Shown here: piece after piece, positions 49,874 through 58,661 of the stretch
Layout: each line of letters starts with the position of its first letter
Numbering within the stretch: position 1 is the stretch's first letter
IMG/VR virus record: IMGVR_UViG_3300033153_006744
Coordinates: 1 to 64,000 of that record
Source of the DNA: a virus
DNA length: 64,000 bases
Strand: one strand, 5' to 3'
Position numbers and translations under genes: made by a program
The notes under the pieces: model-generated
What the model was told of the DNA's origin: nothing
What the model saw: the letters and a program-made list of their open reading frames with translations, nothing else
The model's database searches: none

Positions 49874-50536
49874 TTATTGTTTATCTTTGTGGTTGTTTAG
49901 CCTTATAAATGACAACACAACTAATAATTGCAACTCACTAAACTTAGAAAAAAACATCTTATTGTCATTGTATTTACTTAATCCGAACTTTCCGATAACA
50001 TTAAACTTTATACTTTTGCCACTTATTATTTCAGTTTTTGAGAACTTAAAGGCAATCATTTCCTTAGCTGTTTCATGAATTTCAAGCATATCATCAAGAT
50101 TTATTTTCACAAGCCCTTTGTCAGTGCCAATTGTTATTGAATCTTTATTATAATTAACCTTGCAAAAAAAGAAGAAATGTTTTTTATACGAGAAATTAAC
50201 ACCAACCATAAATGGGCTTTTCTCCTTTTTGATTAAATCAAAGAGAACACTCCTGTTTTTAGTTGTTATAAACTCCTTTTCTGTAGCAAAAAAGTTAACT
50301 TGCCTTAATGTTTGGTTTTCTTTTAAGTTTTTGGTTTTAAACAAAGAAGAGCAAGTTAAGCATAATGTTTTTGAGTTATTCTTAAAAATATAGAAGTCAT
50401 TAAAGTTAGCTGATACCGTATTCTTTATTAAGTATCCATTACTTACTTCGCAATTACACAATGCGCAGGTTCCTTTTTCTTTTCCATCTTCGTTTTTAAT
50501 TATATGTTTATCTAGTATGTTAACTATATCTTTCAT
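49874..50536 (-). CDS. csf1: Type IV Csf1 (Cas8-like large subunit)
   Basis: Zn-finger CALC...SANFNDF...LCLTC and PFMVGVNFSYKKHFF; adjacent to csf3. Confidence 0.75.
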   Translation of the reverse strand: MKDIVNILDKHIIKNEDGKEKGTCALCNCEVSNGYLIKNTVSANFNDFYIFKNNSKTLCLTCSSLFKTKNLKENQTLRQVNFFATEKEFITTKNRSVLFDLIKKEKSPFMVGVNFSYKKHFFFFCKVNYNKDSITIGTDKGLVKINLDDMLEIHETAKEMIAFKFSKTEIISGKSIKFNVIGKFGLSKYNDNKMFFSKFSELQLLVVLSFIRLNNHKDKQ

Positions 50537-51218
50537 TGTTCTCCTTTAGTTGTTTTGGGATTAATATATTTTCTTGATATTCACCTAGCCAATATGGCGC
50601 ACGATAAGACCCATAATCATTTACATAAGAGAAATCTCTATCTTTAAATATGTTATCAGCCATCACCTTAAGTGGCAGTGGTCTAAATAATAAATATTTT
50701 TGCTCTTCTTTTTCGGCAATCGTAATCTCAAAACTTGAAAACCAACCGAACCCAGCCTTAACTTTTTTCCCAATCCCAACAATATAATCTACTAGTTCTT
50801 TTATCTTGTTTTTATCTCCTATAAAATAAAAAACTATATTATCAACAGAATTTATAACAATAGGCATGTCATAGCTTTTATAATATCCACTACCTATATT
50901 TACCTTTCTTTTGGCTTTTCCAAAATAACTAAGAAAATCATGTCTTGAATTCCATCGTTTCCGCCACTTGTCAATTGATATTTCTTTTTTCTCTATTATT
51001 CCATAAGAACAAAGATAAAAACCTAATTTGTGTTTTTTTATGGGGATTAATTTTTCTATATTCTTATTTATTTCGGAACCATTCGAGGTTTTAATGTCGG
51101 TGTTTTTTCTAAAATATTTCTGATAAACTGCATAAGAAATAATGCTGTCAAAAATAGGTATATCTGTATAAGCAATTGGAGATGACATTTTAAATTTTAT
51201 TTTATAAGTTATATCCAT
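50520..51218 (-). CDS. csf3: Type IV Csf3 (Cas5-like RAMP)
   Basis: SSPIA...FDSIISYA, GSGYYKSYDMP, FIGD, G-rich loop GIGKKVKAGFG, RPLP, YRAPYW. Confidence 0.85.
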   Translation of the reverse strand: MDITYKIKFKMSSPIAYTDIPIFDSIISYAVYQKYFRKNTDIKTSNGSEINKNIEKLIPIKKHKLGFYLCSYGIIEKKEISIDKWRKRWNSRHDFLSYFGKAKRKVNIGSGYYKSYDMPIVINSVDNIVFYFIGDKNKIKELVDYIVGIGKKVKAGFGWFSSFEITIAEKEEQKYLLFRPLPLKVMADNIFKDRDFSYVNDYGSYRAPYWLGEYQENILIPKQLKENNERYS

Positions 51219-51832
51219 GATTTTGAGAACTCCTTATTTCTAAACAAGTTTCCGAGTCCAGTAAATTGCTTTAACCTTAAGACCTCGTCCTTATCCATCC
51301 CTAGTTGTTCACTTATCTTCTTGTCACTCCAGCCCATAAAATAAAGCTCTTCAACTATTTCACTCATAGATTGTATGCCATGCGTTCCTCTCGCCCTATT
51401 GTGTCTAATTGTACTAGCCATTCTTTCCTTTAAACTTTTTTCTATAACCACTAGTGGCAAATAGCCCTTGGTTCGTGTTTTTATGTCATCATATTCCTTT
51501 CCAATTCTATTCCTGTGAAATCCATCAACAACAACATACTTATCTTGCTCTTTATCATAAAAAGATACAATTGGTTGAGTATATCCATCTTCTTTTATTG
51601 ACCTATATAATAATTGCATTTCTGGAGGTGCAACCTTGTTTGGGTTGTAATTATTAGCCTTAACCCTATCTGCTTTTATCCACAAAACATTGCTGACTGG
51701 CTCTTCTTTAAGTGGGTTAATTTCGTTTAGTTTAGAATAAATGTCATTTAATAATTCTATCTTGTCATCTTGTTTTCTTATCTTCTTTATGTTGAAAATA
51801 AGTTCGTCAACCTTATCTAATAATTCTTTCAT
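51209..51832 (-). CDS. ibrB: IbrB/YbdM-like ParB/Srx-family protein
   Basis: ANNYNPNKVAPPEMQLL...DGYTQPIV...VVDGFHR...RMASTIRHNRARG...LGMDKDEVLRLKQ. Confidence 0.9.
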   Translation of the reverse strand: MKELLDKVDELIFNIKKIRKQDDKIELLNDIYSKLNEINPLKEEPVSNVLWIKADRVKANNYNPNKVAPPEMQLLYRSIKEDGYTQPIVSFYDKEQDKYVVVDGFHRNRIGKEYDDIKTRTKGYLPLVVIEKSLKERMASTIRHNRARGTHGIQSMSEIVEELYFMGWSDKKISEQLGMDKDEVLRLKQFTGLGNLFRNKEFSKSWI

Positions 51833-53046
51833 TCTCCTAGCTCCTCTTTCATTTTATAATATTTTTCGTATTGATTTTTAGTTTGACCAAACGACAAACT
51901 TTTACAGATTTTATCGTTCTTTAATATAACTTTAGCAAGCCTCCGCCATGATGGAGCCTTTTTAGAGCTTTCAAGTTTTTTGTCTGCTTCATCTGGAATT
52001 CCATCTGGATAACCATTTTTAGACCACCACCGAATAAATATCTTGAATTTTTGCCCATACCACTCTGCTTCAAATTTTGGAAGAGTTGCCATTAGAAAAT
52101 TAACATAACTTTCCCATGTGTGATTTTTTGGCAATATTACCTTGTTGTTTCCTAATAAAAAGCTTTTGCAATATATGTTGCCAAAATTAGCTCCAGACAC
52201 TCTATCAACAATTCTAGACCACGTTTCAGGTTCACACTGTCTAAATAAATTAAGACCTTTTCTTTGGTCATCTCCGTATGGCTGACATATTCTTGCTTCA
52301 TGTATTGATAACCCCTGCATGTACATGAAATCATAAATTTTATTGTATGTATAGCTCTCGTTTCCAACAGAAACCCATATATCTTTAGTCTTCCAGTCAT
52401 AAATAGGGTAAAAATTAAAAACATTCTCAACAATTTGAGTTGTCCACATTTTATCTTTATATATTTTTTTCTTCGTATTTTTAATGGTTCTATATCTATT
52501 TAAACTTTCATCTGATCTTATTCCAACTCCACAGGCAATTTTTTCTTTTCCAACTTTGAACCACTCTGCAAACCTAACAACTAATTCTTCAAACTCTATT
52601 CCTCTATGAAACCATTTCTCCCATTCTTTGGGCATGTTATTTTCGTTTATAACATATTTTGAATTAGGCATCGGCCTAACCCATTTATCTTCATTTTCTT
52701 TATCCCAACAAATCCATTGTGGCTGGTAAACACTTACTGCATTTCTTAAATTTAAAGGCAAGCATAGCCAATAACCATCAATATCTTTATTGTTGAAAAT
52801 TTCTTCAACATGCTTTATTGTAGACTTATACTGAGCCTCTAAGTCAATGAAAAGTATTTTTATTGGTATTTTGTTCTTTTTTTTCGCAATTTCAAGTGCT
52901 AGTTGAACCATTACACTAGAGTCTTTTCCGCCAGAAAAAGAAAAGCAAATCTCATCTTTGTCAAAGTTGTCAAAAATAAAATTAAGTCTTTCTATTGCCT
53001 TGTCCCAAACATTTACTTTTGAATATGTTTTTGATTCACTGTTCAT
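51829..53046 (-). CDS. ibrA: IbrA/YbdN-like protein (PAPS-reductase fold plus DUF3440)
   Basis: PP-loop SFSGGKDS, FIDLEAQY, GIRSDESLNRY, YPIYDW, RICQPYGDDQRKGL, APSWRR. Confidence 0.9.
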   Translation of the reverse strand: MNSESKTYSKVNVWDKAIERLNFIFDNFDKDEICFSFSGGKDSSVMVQLALEIAKKKNKIPIKILFIDLEAQYKSTIKHVEEIFNNKDIDGYWLCLPLNLRNAVSVYQPQWICWDKENEDKWVRPMPNSKYVINENNMPKEWEKWFHRGIEFEELVVRFAEWFKVGKEKIACGVGIRSDESLNRYRTIKNTKKKIYKDKMWTTQIVENVFNFYPIYDWKTKDIWVSVGNESYTYNKIYDFMYMQGLSIHEARICQPYGDDQRKGLNLFRQCEPETWSRIVDRVSGANFGNIYCKSFLLGNNKVILPKNHTWESYVNFLMATLPKFEAEWYGQKFKIFIRWWSKNGYPDGIPDEADKKLESSKKAPSWRRLAKVILKNDKICKSLSFGQTKNQYEKYYKMKEELGE

Positions 53047-53067
53047 TCTACCTCCTTAGTTACTTAC

Positions 53068-53096
53068 ACTGTAACACATTTTAAACTAAATGTCAA
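53068..53096 (-). promoter_or_regulatory. Internal sigma70-type promoter for ibrA-ibrB-csf3-csf1
   Basis: TTGACA (53091-53096), 17 bp, TACAGT, then AAGGAGG. Confidence 0.65.
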
Positions 53097-53870
53097 CTAT
53101 GTATATGCTTTTATTTCTGGATGAAAACTTAACATGAGATTGTATTGTTTTTTATAGTAATACTTTAACCATGAAAACTGACCTATTGTTGCAGCCGTTG
53201 GATCTACAAACCAAGATATTCTTATTTTAGCTGGATCATCTGTAAATCTTGTTTTATTATATGCCGGGTGTAGCAATTTATCTAATTTTCTACTGTAAAT
53301 ATATGCAAAAACATCATCCCCAGTTAAATCACAAATCGGATAAAACTGATATATCTTATTTTTCTTAGAATAAAATAATTTACCCATATGTTTTATTAAA
53401 TTTTCCCTTCTTTTGCTTTCTTCTTTTCTTATCCCAATCAAGGCAATTTTATAATCATTGTCCTGTTGGAAGTTTCTAATGGGCGTCATCATTGCCTTTT
53501 CAAACGCATAATTCTTGCACCCAGCATCATAAAAAGCCTTCTTTTTTGCATATTCATCTAGTATGTCAATTGGGGATTTTACTACATTTATTGTCTTATT
53601 GTGGTGTTTTTCCGCTAGTTTTATAATTCCGTAGCTCTCGGGTAGCTCATACCAAGAATCATGAAACATTATGTCTAAATTAGGGTTTGCCTCTAATGCA
53701 ATATCTAGCATTACTAAACTATCCTTGCCAGTGCTATATGAAATAGAACCCTTTGTATTTCTTGTTTCTTTTTCAATAGAGCTCTTAACCAGCTCTATTT
53801 TTCCCTTAAACTCGTCTAGCTCTGCATACAACAAATAATATTCTTTATTTTTCATTTTCTTTAACTCCAA
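53097..53870 (-). CDS. cysH: CysH-like (PAPS-reductase fold) type IV-B accessory protein
   Basis: SYSTGKDSLVM, IGIRKEESKRR, YPICDLTGDDVFAYI; lacks the C-terminal ECGLH; directly follows csf2. Confidence 0.85.
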   Translation of the reverse strand: MELKKMKNKEYYLLYAELDEFKGKIELVKSSIEKETRNTKGSISYSTGKDSLVMLDIALEANPNLDIMFHDSWYELPESYGIIKLAEKHHNKTINVVKSPIDILDEYAKKKAFYDAGCKNYAFEKAMMTPIRNFQQDNDYKIALIGIRKEESKRRENLIKHMGKLFYSKKNKIYQFYPICDLTGDDVFAYIYSRKLDKLLHPAYNKTRFTDDPAKIRISWFVDPTAATIGQFSWLKYYYKKQYNLMLSFHPEIKAYT

Positions 53871-55044
53871 TAAAAGCTAGGATATCTTTTTTGTTTTTCT
53901 CTATATGCCTTAAGTATAAATTATTTGCATTTTCAGGAATTGTCAACTCTGACAAATCTATTTCAGATGAACCAGTTGCAAACATTCCGCCAATAAACGG
54001 ATTTTCTTTAAAAAGAATTAATGCATGCCAGAAGGCCGAAACAGATAATTCATTAAAATCCATCATTCTAAAGCCATGATTGAACTGAGTTCCTTTTGCA
54101 AAAACTTCATATTCATACTTCATATGAGTTGGGTTTTCATCTTTTTTGTCTTTTATCGCCTTTATTGATATATTCTTTTCATCTTTAGAGCTATCTTTTC
54201 TGCTTTGAAAAATCATGTCCAAGTAAGACCAGAATGAGTTAATTCCTGTTTTCAACTCCACGCATTTAGGATATGCAAAACCAACAGATAATTGACCTTC
54301 TATTGTCATGTTGCCTATTGCACTGCCAAAAACACCAAGCATTGGAATGCTATCTATTAGCTTTTCTCTTTTTTCTAAGTCCTCATATAGGGTAGACTCG
54401 GTCAAGGCTCCGCCAGTAAACAAAATATGATATAATTGTTTATCTATTTTTTTACATCCAACTCTTTTTAAGAAATCATACATCGCTAATCTTCTTAAGA
54501 CGCCCCTAATGCTATTTCCAGATATACAAGGAATCAGCTCAAATGTTTTATTGTATGTTTTAAGTTTCTCTTTTTTTACATCTAATTTATGGTCTTTATC
54601 CTTGCTCTTCATTCTTAATAAAACAGTTATAGTGTGAGCCTCATCTCTAACTTTTGACAAAAACTCAACATCTGTTATTTGTTGTAGATAATTGAATGTT
54701 TTATCTTTTAAATCAGGCATTCTAACACCACATAAATCTGCAAATACTTCAAAAAATTGGAATCTATTTGAAGATGTTGCAGACCTTTTAATTTTTGAAT
54801 ATAGCTCATCCCATATTCCCATTAATCTCTTTCCTTTTATTTTGCTAAAGTCTATCTTAGAGTATATACTATAACAAACATCAACAATGATATTTCTAAC
54901 ATCATCATCTGAAAACGAGGTTAAAAAGTTCTCGTTTTTAACCATTATTTTCTGTCTCCTAAGCAGCTTTGTTGTTCCGTCTGTCTTATCGGAACCCGTG
55001 TGAAGGAATGTTGTTCCAGTGAAATTGTAGTCAACTTTAATCAT
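53845..55044 (-). CDS. csf2: Type IV Csf2 (Cas7) with an inserted helical Cas11-like domain
   Basis: TTFLHTG, IPCISGNSIRGVLRR, LFTGGAL, PMLGVFGSA...IEGQLSVG, MKYEYEVFAKGT, IGGMFATGSSEI. Confidence 0.85.
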   Translation of the reverse strand: MIKVDYNFTGTTFLHTGSDKTDGTTKLLRRQKIMVKNENFLTSFSDDDVRNIIVDVCYSIYSKIDFSKIKGKRLMGIWDELYSKIKRSATSSNRFQFFEVFADLCGVRMPDLKDKTFNYLQQITDVEFLSKVRDEAHTITVLLRMKSKDKDHKLDVKKEKLKTYNKTFELIPCISGNSIRGVLRRLAMYDFLKRVGCKKIDKQLYHILFTGGALTESTLYEDLEKREKLIDSIPMLGVFGSAIGNMTIEGQLSVGFAYPKCVELKTGINSFWSYLDMIFQSRKDSSKDEKNISIKAIKDKKDENPTHMKYEYEVFAKGTQFNHGFRMMDFNELSVSAFWHALILFKENPFIGGMFATGSSEIDLSELTIPENANNLYLRHIEKNKKDILAFIGVKENEK

Positions 55045-55099
55045 GTTTACTCCTTATTTAAGTTTAAGCATTGGGCTAATGCCTTTTGATTTTCCTATA

Positions 55100-55528
55100 C
55101 TATTCTTTTAAAAAGTTTAAATGTGCATTCATTGCAAATCTTGAGCTAAAAGAAGTTTTATCTTTATTTATTTTGCCTAATTCGTTTACCCTTGCAACAG
55201 TAAGAATAAAATTAGAGTTAGATTTTCTAAATTTATTAAAATAAAAAACCTCTTCGGTTTCGTCATTTTTGAACATATGGAATTCTTCCTGTAATCTTTC
55301 TAGCTCAGTTTTTTTAGACAATATTTTTAACAAGAAAATTCCGTCCTCTTTTAAAACAAGTTCAACGTTAAATTTGTCTTCTAGTTCTTCTTTCTCTACT
55401 CTAGTACATTCAGCTGCAATGCACTCAAATTTTTTAGCATTATTACTTAGAACAACTAAATCTTTGTTAGCTTTAAATATAGTTAAGTTTTTAAAGTTTT
55501 TTCTAATTTCATTATATAATTTTTTCAT
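55100..55528 (-). CDS. Hypothetical protein, first gene of the Cas cassette transcript
   Basis: Follows the promoter at 55550-55613; AAGGAG RBS. Confidence 0.6.
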   Translation of the reverse strand: MKKLYNEIRKNFKNLTIFKANKDLVVLSNNAKKFECIAAECTRVEKEELEDKFNVELVLKEDGIFLLKILSKKTELERLQEEFHMFKNDETEEVFYFNKFRKSNSNFILTVARVNELGKINKDKTSFSSRFAMNAHLNFLKE

Positions 55529-55549
55529 CTTAATCTCCTTTATTAATTT

Positions 55550-55613
55550 CTTTAGTTAAGACCCTTTCTTAACTCTATACATACATTATAATGCATTTAA
55601 GAATAAATGTCAA
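55550..55613 (-). promoter_or_regulatory. Sigma70-type promoter with leader hairpin (copy 6), upstream of the Cas cassette
   Basis: Perfect TTGACA (55608-55613), 17 bp, TATAAT (55585-55590); hairpin AGTTAAGA-AAGGG-TCTTAACT. Confidence 0.85.
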
Positions 55614-55691
55614 GCGAAAAGTAAATATAATTTAAGATAAAACAAAATCATGCGTAAGCTATTGTTATGATGCATTAAATGAAGTGATTTT

Positions 55692-56171
55692 TTACGCTAT
55701 GTCTTTTTTATTGAAAGATATTTCGACTAAGTTTCGTGTTGGATTAACAATGTCTATGCCAAAACCTGCATCAGATATATGCATTACAAATAATTCAATT
55801 GTGCCAAAAGTTTTAACTGTTCTGCCAAACTTATCCTCTATTCTAACAAGCCTATCACCTATTCTTAAATCTATATTGTTGTCTGAATTAAGCAACCCAG
55901 CCATTTCTATATCTCTATAGTGATGCAACAACATTAACATAGGCTTTATTTCTTGCCCTTTGTCCGTTATGATTGTTTTTTTAGGATTTTCATAAATCTG
56001 GCATCGCATCTTTATTTCTTCAGCTTCTTCAATTGTTTTAAATTTGGCAAGCCTACCGTCGTCAACCAATACAGGAGTTCCAAGCATAGGGTCAACATTA
56101 GCAGTGTCATATTCAGTTTCATCTACTCTTTTATAAACAGCTTTGAATTGAAATATTAAGTCACCACGCAT
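55692..56171 (-). CDS. Putative head closure protein
   Basis: Position after the adaptor; LRIGDRLVRI. Confidence 0.55.
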   Translation of the reverse strand: MRGDLIFQFKAVYKRVDETEYDTANVDPMLGTPVLVDDGRLAKFKTIEEAEEIKMRCQIYENPKKTIITDKGQEIKPMLMLLHHYRDIEMAGLLNSDNNIDLRIGDRLVRIEDKFGRTVKTFGTIELFVMHISDAGFGIDIVNPTRNLVEISFNKKDIA

Positions 56172-56172
56172 G

Positions 56173-57135
56173 TCAACACACCCTTGGAGGAGTCATATAT
56201 TTACCTAAGATAGCGTCAATAACCAGGTCTCCAGTGAAAACAGAAACATCTTCAGTATTATATTCAACTTCTTGGTCTTTAGTTTTCATTCTTTTCACAT
56301 AACCAGTAACAATCTCATCATCTAAAACAGAAAATAGTTTACTCATTAATGTTAACCTGAGACAAGCTCTTTTAATCTGAGAAGGAATTAAACCCCAGGG
56401 AGCGCTACCCTCTTGAACTACCCCAAAAATTCCCTCAATAGATATTCGCTTGTAATTTTCTAGGTCAACATTATAGATTTCTATTTCTAATATTCTTCTA
56501 GCATCAGTTAGTCCAATTAGATTTAAATTATGAACTATTGCATCTTCATCATCAAAGAGAGCCTTAGAGTTGTCGTCATCCCAGAACTGACTAATAAAAA
56601 TACATGGATAATTTAAAAATAAAGTATTATAATCGCTTTCTATGTTGTCATAGATTAAATGTCTAGCTCCAAAAAACCAGCCTGTAATCTGCTCTATTTC
56701 TTGCATAGAAGCCTTAATTCCATCTAATATCTGTTGATTAGTTAAAGTTGTTGTTGGTATCTCAGCTTTTATATCCAAAACACCGCAATAAGCATTTTCA
56801 ACATTTTCATCTATGTCATCTAAAACTTCAAAGTATTCAAATTTTGTTCTAATATTATCAGGCCTATACTTATCTCCAACGCTATCAAGAAATTTATATG
56901 TATATATTATTTTGTATTTTCCTTCAGTAGCTGGAGCAGTAAAAGGTATCTGATATATATAGTCAGCTATTTCAGAACTTGTTAAAATAACTGGTGTCTC
57001 AGCAATAACTTCTGTTCCTGCTGAATCTTCTACCTTAAAGCTTAAATAATCAAGCTCTGGTCTTGTCCCTCCAGAAAGGACAGGACAAAACCAAAACATA
57101 TCTGTTGTAGCTGTATCAGATTTAATAATTCTCAT
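56173..57135 (-). CDS. Head-tail adaptor with N-terminal Ig-like domain
   Basis: AYCGVLDIK...IEQITGWFF...IPSQIKRACLRL...DAILGKY. Confidence 0.7.
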   Translation of the reverse strand: MRIIKSDTATTDMFWFCPVLSGGTRPELDYLSFKVEDSAGTEVIAETPVILTSSEIADYIYQIPFTAPATEGKYKIIYTYKFLDSVGDKYRPDNIRTKFEYFEVLDDIDENVENAYCGVLDIKAEIPTTTLTNQQILDGIKASMQEIEQITGWFFGARHLIYDNIESDYNTLFLNYPCIFISQFWDDDNSKALFDDEDAIVHNLNLIGLTDARRILEIEIYNVDLENYKRISIEGIFGVVQEGSAPWGLIPSQIKRACLRLTLMSKLFSVLDDEIVTGYVKRMKTKDQEVEYNTEDVSVFTGDLVIDAILGKYMTPPRVC

Positions 57136-57138
57136 TTT

Positions 57139-57642
57139 TTATTCCATTAAGTCAGCTAAGAATTTAGAACCTTCAATGCTATCACCCATTTTTCTTTGTC
57201 TTTTCATTCTTGTTTGGTCAAAGAACCCAACATCTAAGCTATTAACATCAACAGGATCTTTATCCCTAAGCTCTAAGCTTTGATTTTGTTTCCTAAGAAC
57301 TTCTTCAACTGTAAATGCAAAGTCAAAGAATTGATCTACATATGCTCCTGTGCCTATTTTCTTGTTCTTAAGCTCTTCTTCATAGAACCACTTAGGAATC
57401 TTATACCATTTAGGCAAAGCACCAGTAAGCAAGTCAGAACCCCTAAAAATAACAGCTCCAGATCTCATCCACCTTTGGAAAGGATAACGAATCGGATCAT
57501 AAACTTTCATTCTACAGAAATACACTTCTTTTTTAGGAAGCTTCTTTTCTTCTGCTTTTGTAACTTTCATTTCTCTTTTTACTTTTACTTCAGCAACAGC
57601 TTTTTTAACTTCTTTCACTGTTTTTTTTCTAGCTCTAGCCAT
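57139..57642 (-). CDS. Hypothetical basic protein after the capsid gene
   Basis: K-rich N-terminus; AGGAG RBS. Confidence 0.55.
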   Translation of the reverse strand: MARARKKTVKEVKKAVAEVKVKREMKVTKAEEKKLPKKEVYFCRMKVYDPIRYPFQRWMRSGAVIFRGSDLLTGALPKWYKIPKWFYEEELKNKKIGTGAYVDQFFDFAFTVEEVLRKQNQSLELRDKDPVDVNSLDVGFFDQTRMKRQRKMGDSIEGSKFLADLME

Positions 57643-57654
57643 GTTAACTCCTAT

Positions 57655-58626
57655 TTATATTGTAACTCCATCAATTAAAACATTAGCTGGTTCTTCATTT
57701 AATTGCAAGTCTAATTTATATCTAGCAACAATTTTAAATGTTCCAGTATCAATGTCTTTGTCTGTTTCAACTGTAATGTTTTTCAAAATACCCAAGAAAC
57801 AATTCATTTTATTTAATAAAACAACATCTGTTTCTGTTCCACCACCAAGCGTAATAGGCATATAATCAGATTGAATAACAGGAATACCATTGATAATCAT
57901 GCCATCAACACCTTTTAACAATGTAGCGTCGCCAAGTTGTGTTTCTCTTCCTTGCATTTCAGTCATATTTGTTAATTTAGTTCTTGCAGACTGGATATAA
58001 AGTAAGTCTTGAGGTTTTAGATATTTTGGATCTAACAACTTTAAGATATTAGCATGTTCTTCTAAATCGAAATCAGCTATTGTTCCAGTGTTTGTTGTTA
58101 TGATTTTCCTTAAACCATCCATAGTTTTTAACAATAGATAATCTGGATGCCCAGGATCTGTTGCAGTGTCACCATTAAGAATTAAATTATCAATATCTCT
58201 AGCAATGGCTTCAATAAGTTGATTTGTAACTGTTGTAATAAATCCATCTTTTTCAATGTTTTCTTCTATGTCTTCATAAGATAGAAATGTTGTTGCTCTT
58301 AATCTTTTTACATTAAATGTAACCTTTGATAAAGATGGTGATCTTCTGTTAGAAGACGTTGACCCTGTATATTCCTCATCTTCAACTGACACTGAACCAG
58401 TAAAACCCATTACAGGTATAGATTGTGTAATTGCCTTTAACGGAATAGTTCTAATCATTTTAGCTAAAACTGTTTTCTCAACTATTTTAGCCATAAATTT
58501 TTGTAAATTATCTTGTTTAATTTCTCCACCAGCTGTTTCAATGTCACCAATTGACAAGTCAGCTTTCGTAACGAAATGTCCATTAATTAACTCATTTGCT
58601 TTTGCTATCAAAACTTCTCTATTCAT
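57655..58626 (-). CDS. Major capsid protein (HK97 fold)
   Basis: LSYEDIEEN, AIARDIDNLILNGD, DGLRK, INGIPVI, ITVETDKD. Confidence 0.92.
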   Translation of the reverse strand: MNREVLIAKANELINGHFVTKADLSIGDIETAGGEIKQDNLQKFMAKIVEKTVLAKMIRTIPLKAITQSIPVMGFTGSVSVEDEEYTGSTSSNRRSPSLSKVTFNVKRLRATTFLSYEDIEENIEKDGFITTVTNQLIEAIARDIDNLILNGDTATDPGHPDYLLLKTMDGLRKIITTNTGTIADFDLEEHANILKLLDPKYLKPQDLLYIQSARTKLTNMTEMQGRETQLGDATLLKGVDGMIINGIPVIQSDYMPITLGGGTETDVVLLNKMNCFLGILKNITVETDKDIDTGTFKIVARYKLDLQLNEEPANVLIDGVTI

Positions 58627-58661
58627 AACCTTCCTCCTACTAATAAACCCTATTAATAATA

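Noticed and set aside
51209-51832. ParB as part of a parABS partition system
   Set aside because: IbrB-type motifs, no parA, and coupled to ibrA
52152-52433. Nested same-strand ORF inside ibrA
   Set aside because: Alternative frame within a highly conserved gene, with no RBS or recognisable motif
53097-53870. CysH as a sulfate-assimilation auxiliary metabolic gene
   Set aside because: Lacks the C-terminal ECGLH catalytic motif and the Fe-S cysteine pairs; the context is a Cas operon
48713-55691. CRISPR array near the csf genes
   Set aside because: Intergenic gaps are short and contain no repeat-spacer periodicity; none seen elsewhere in the window
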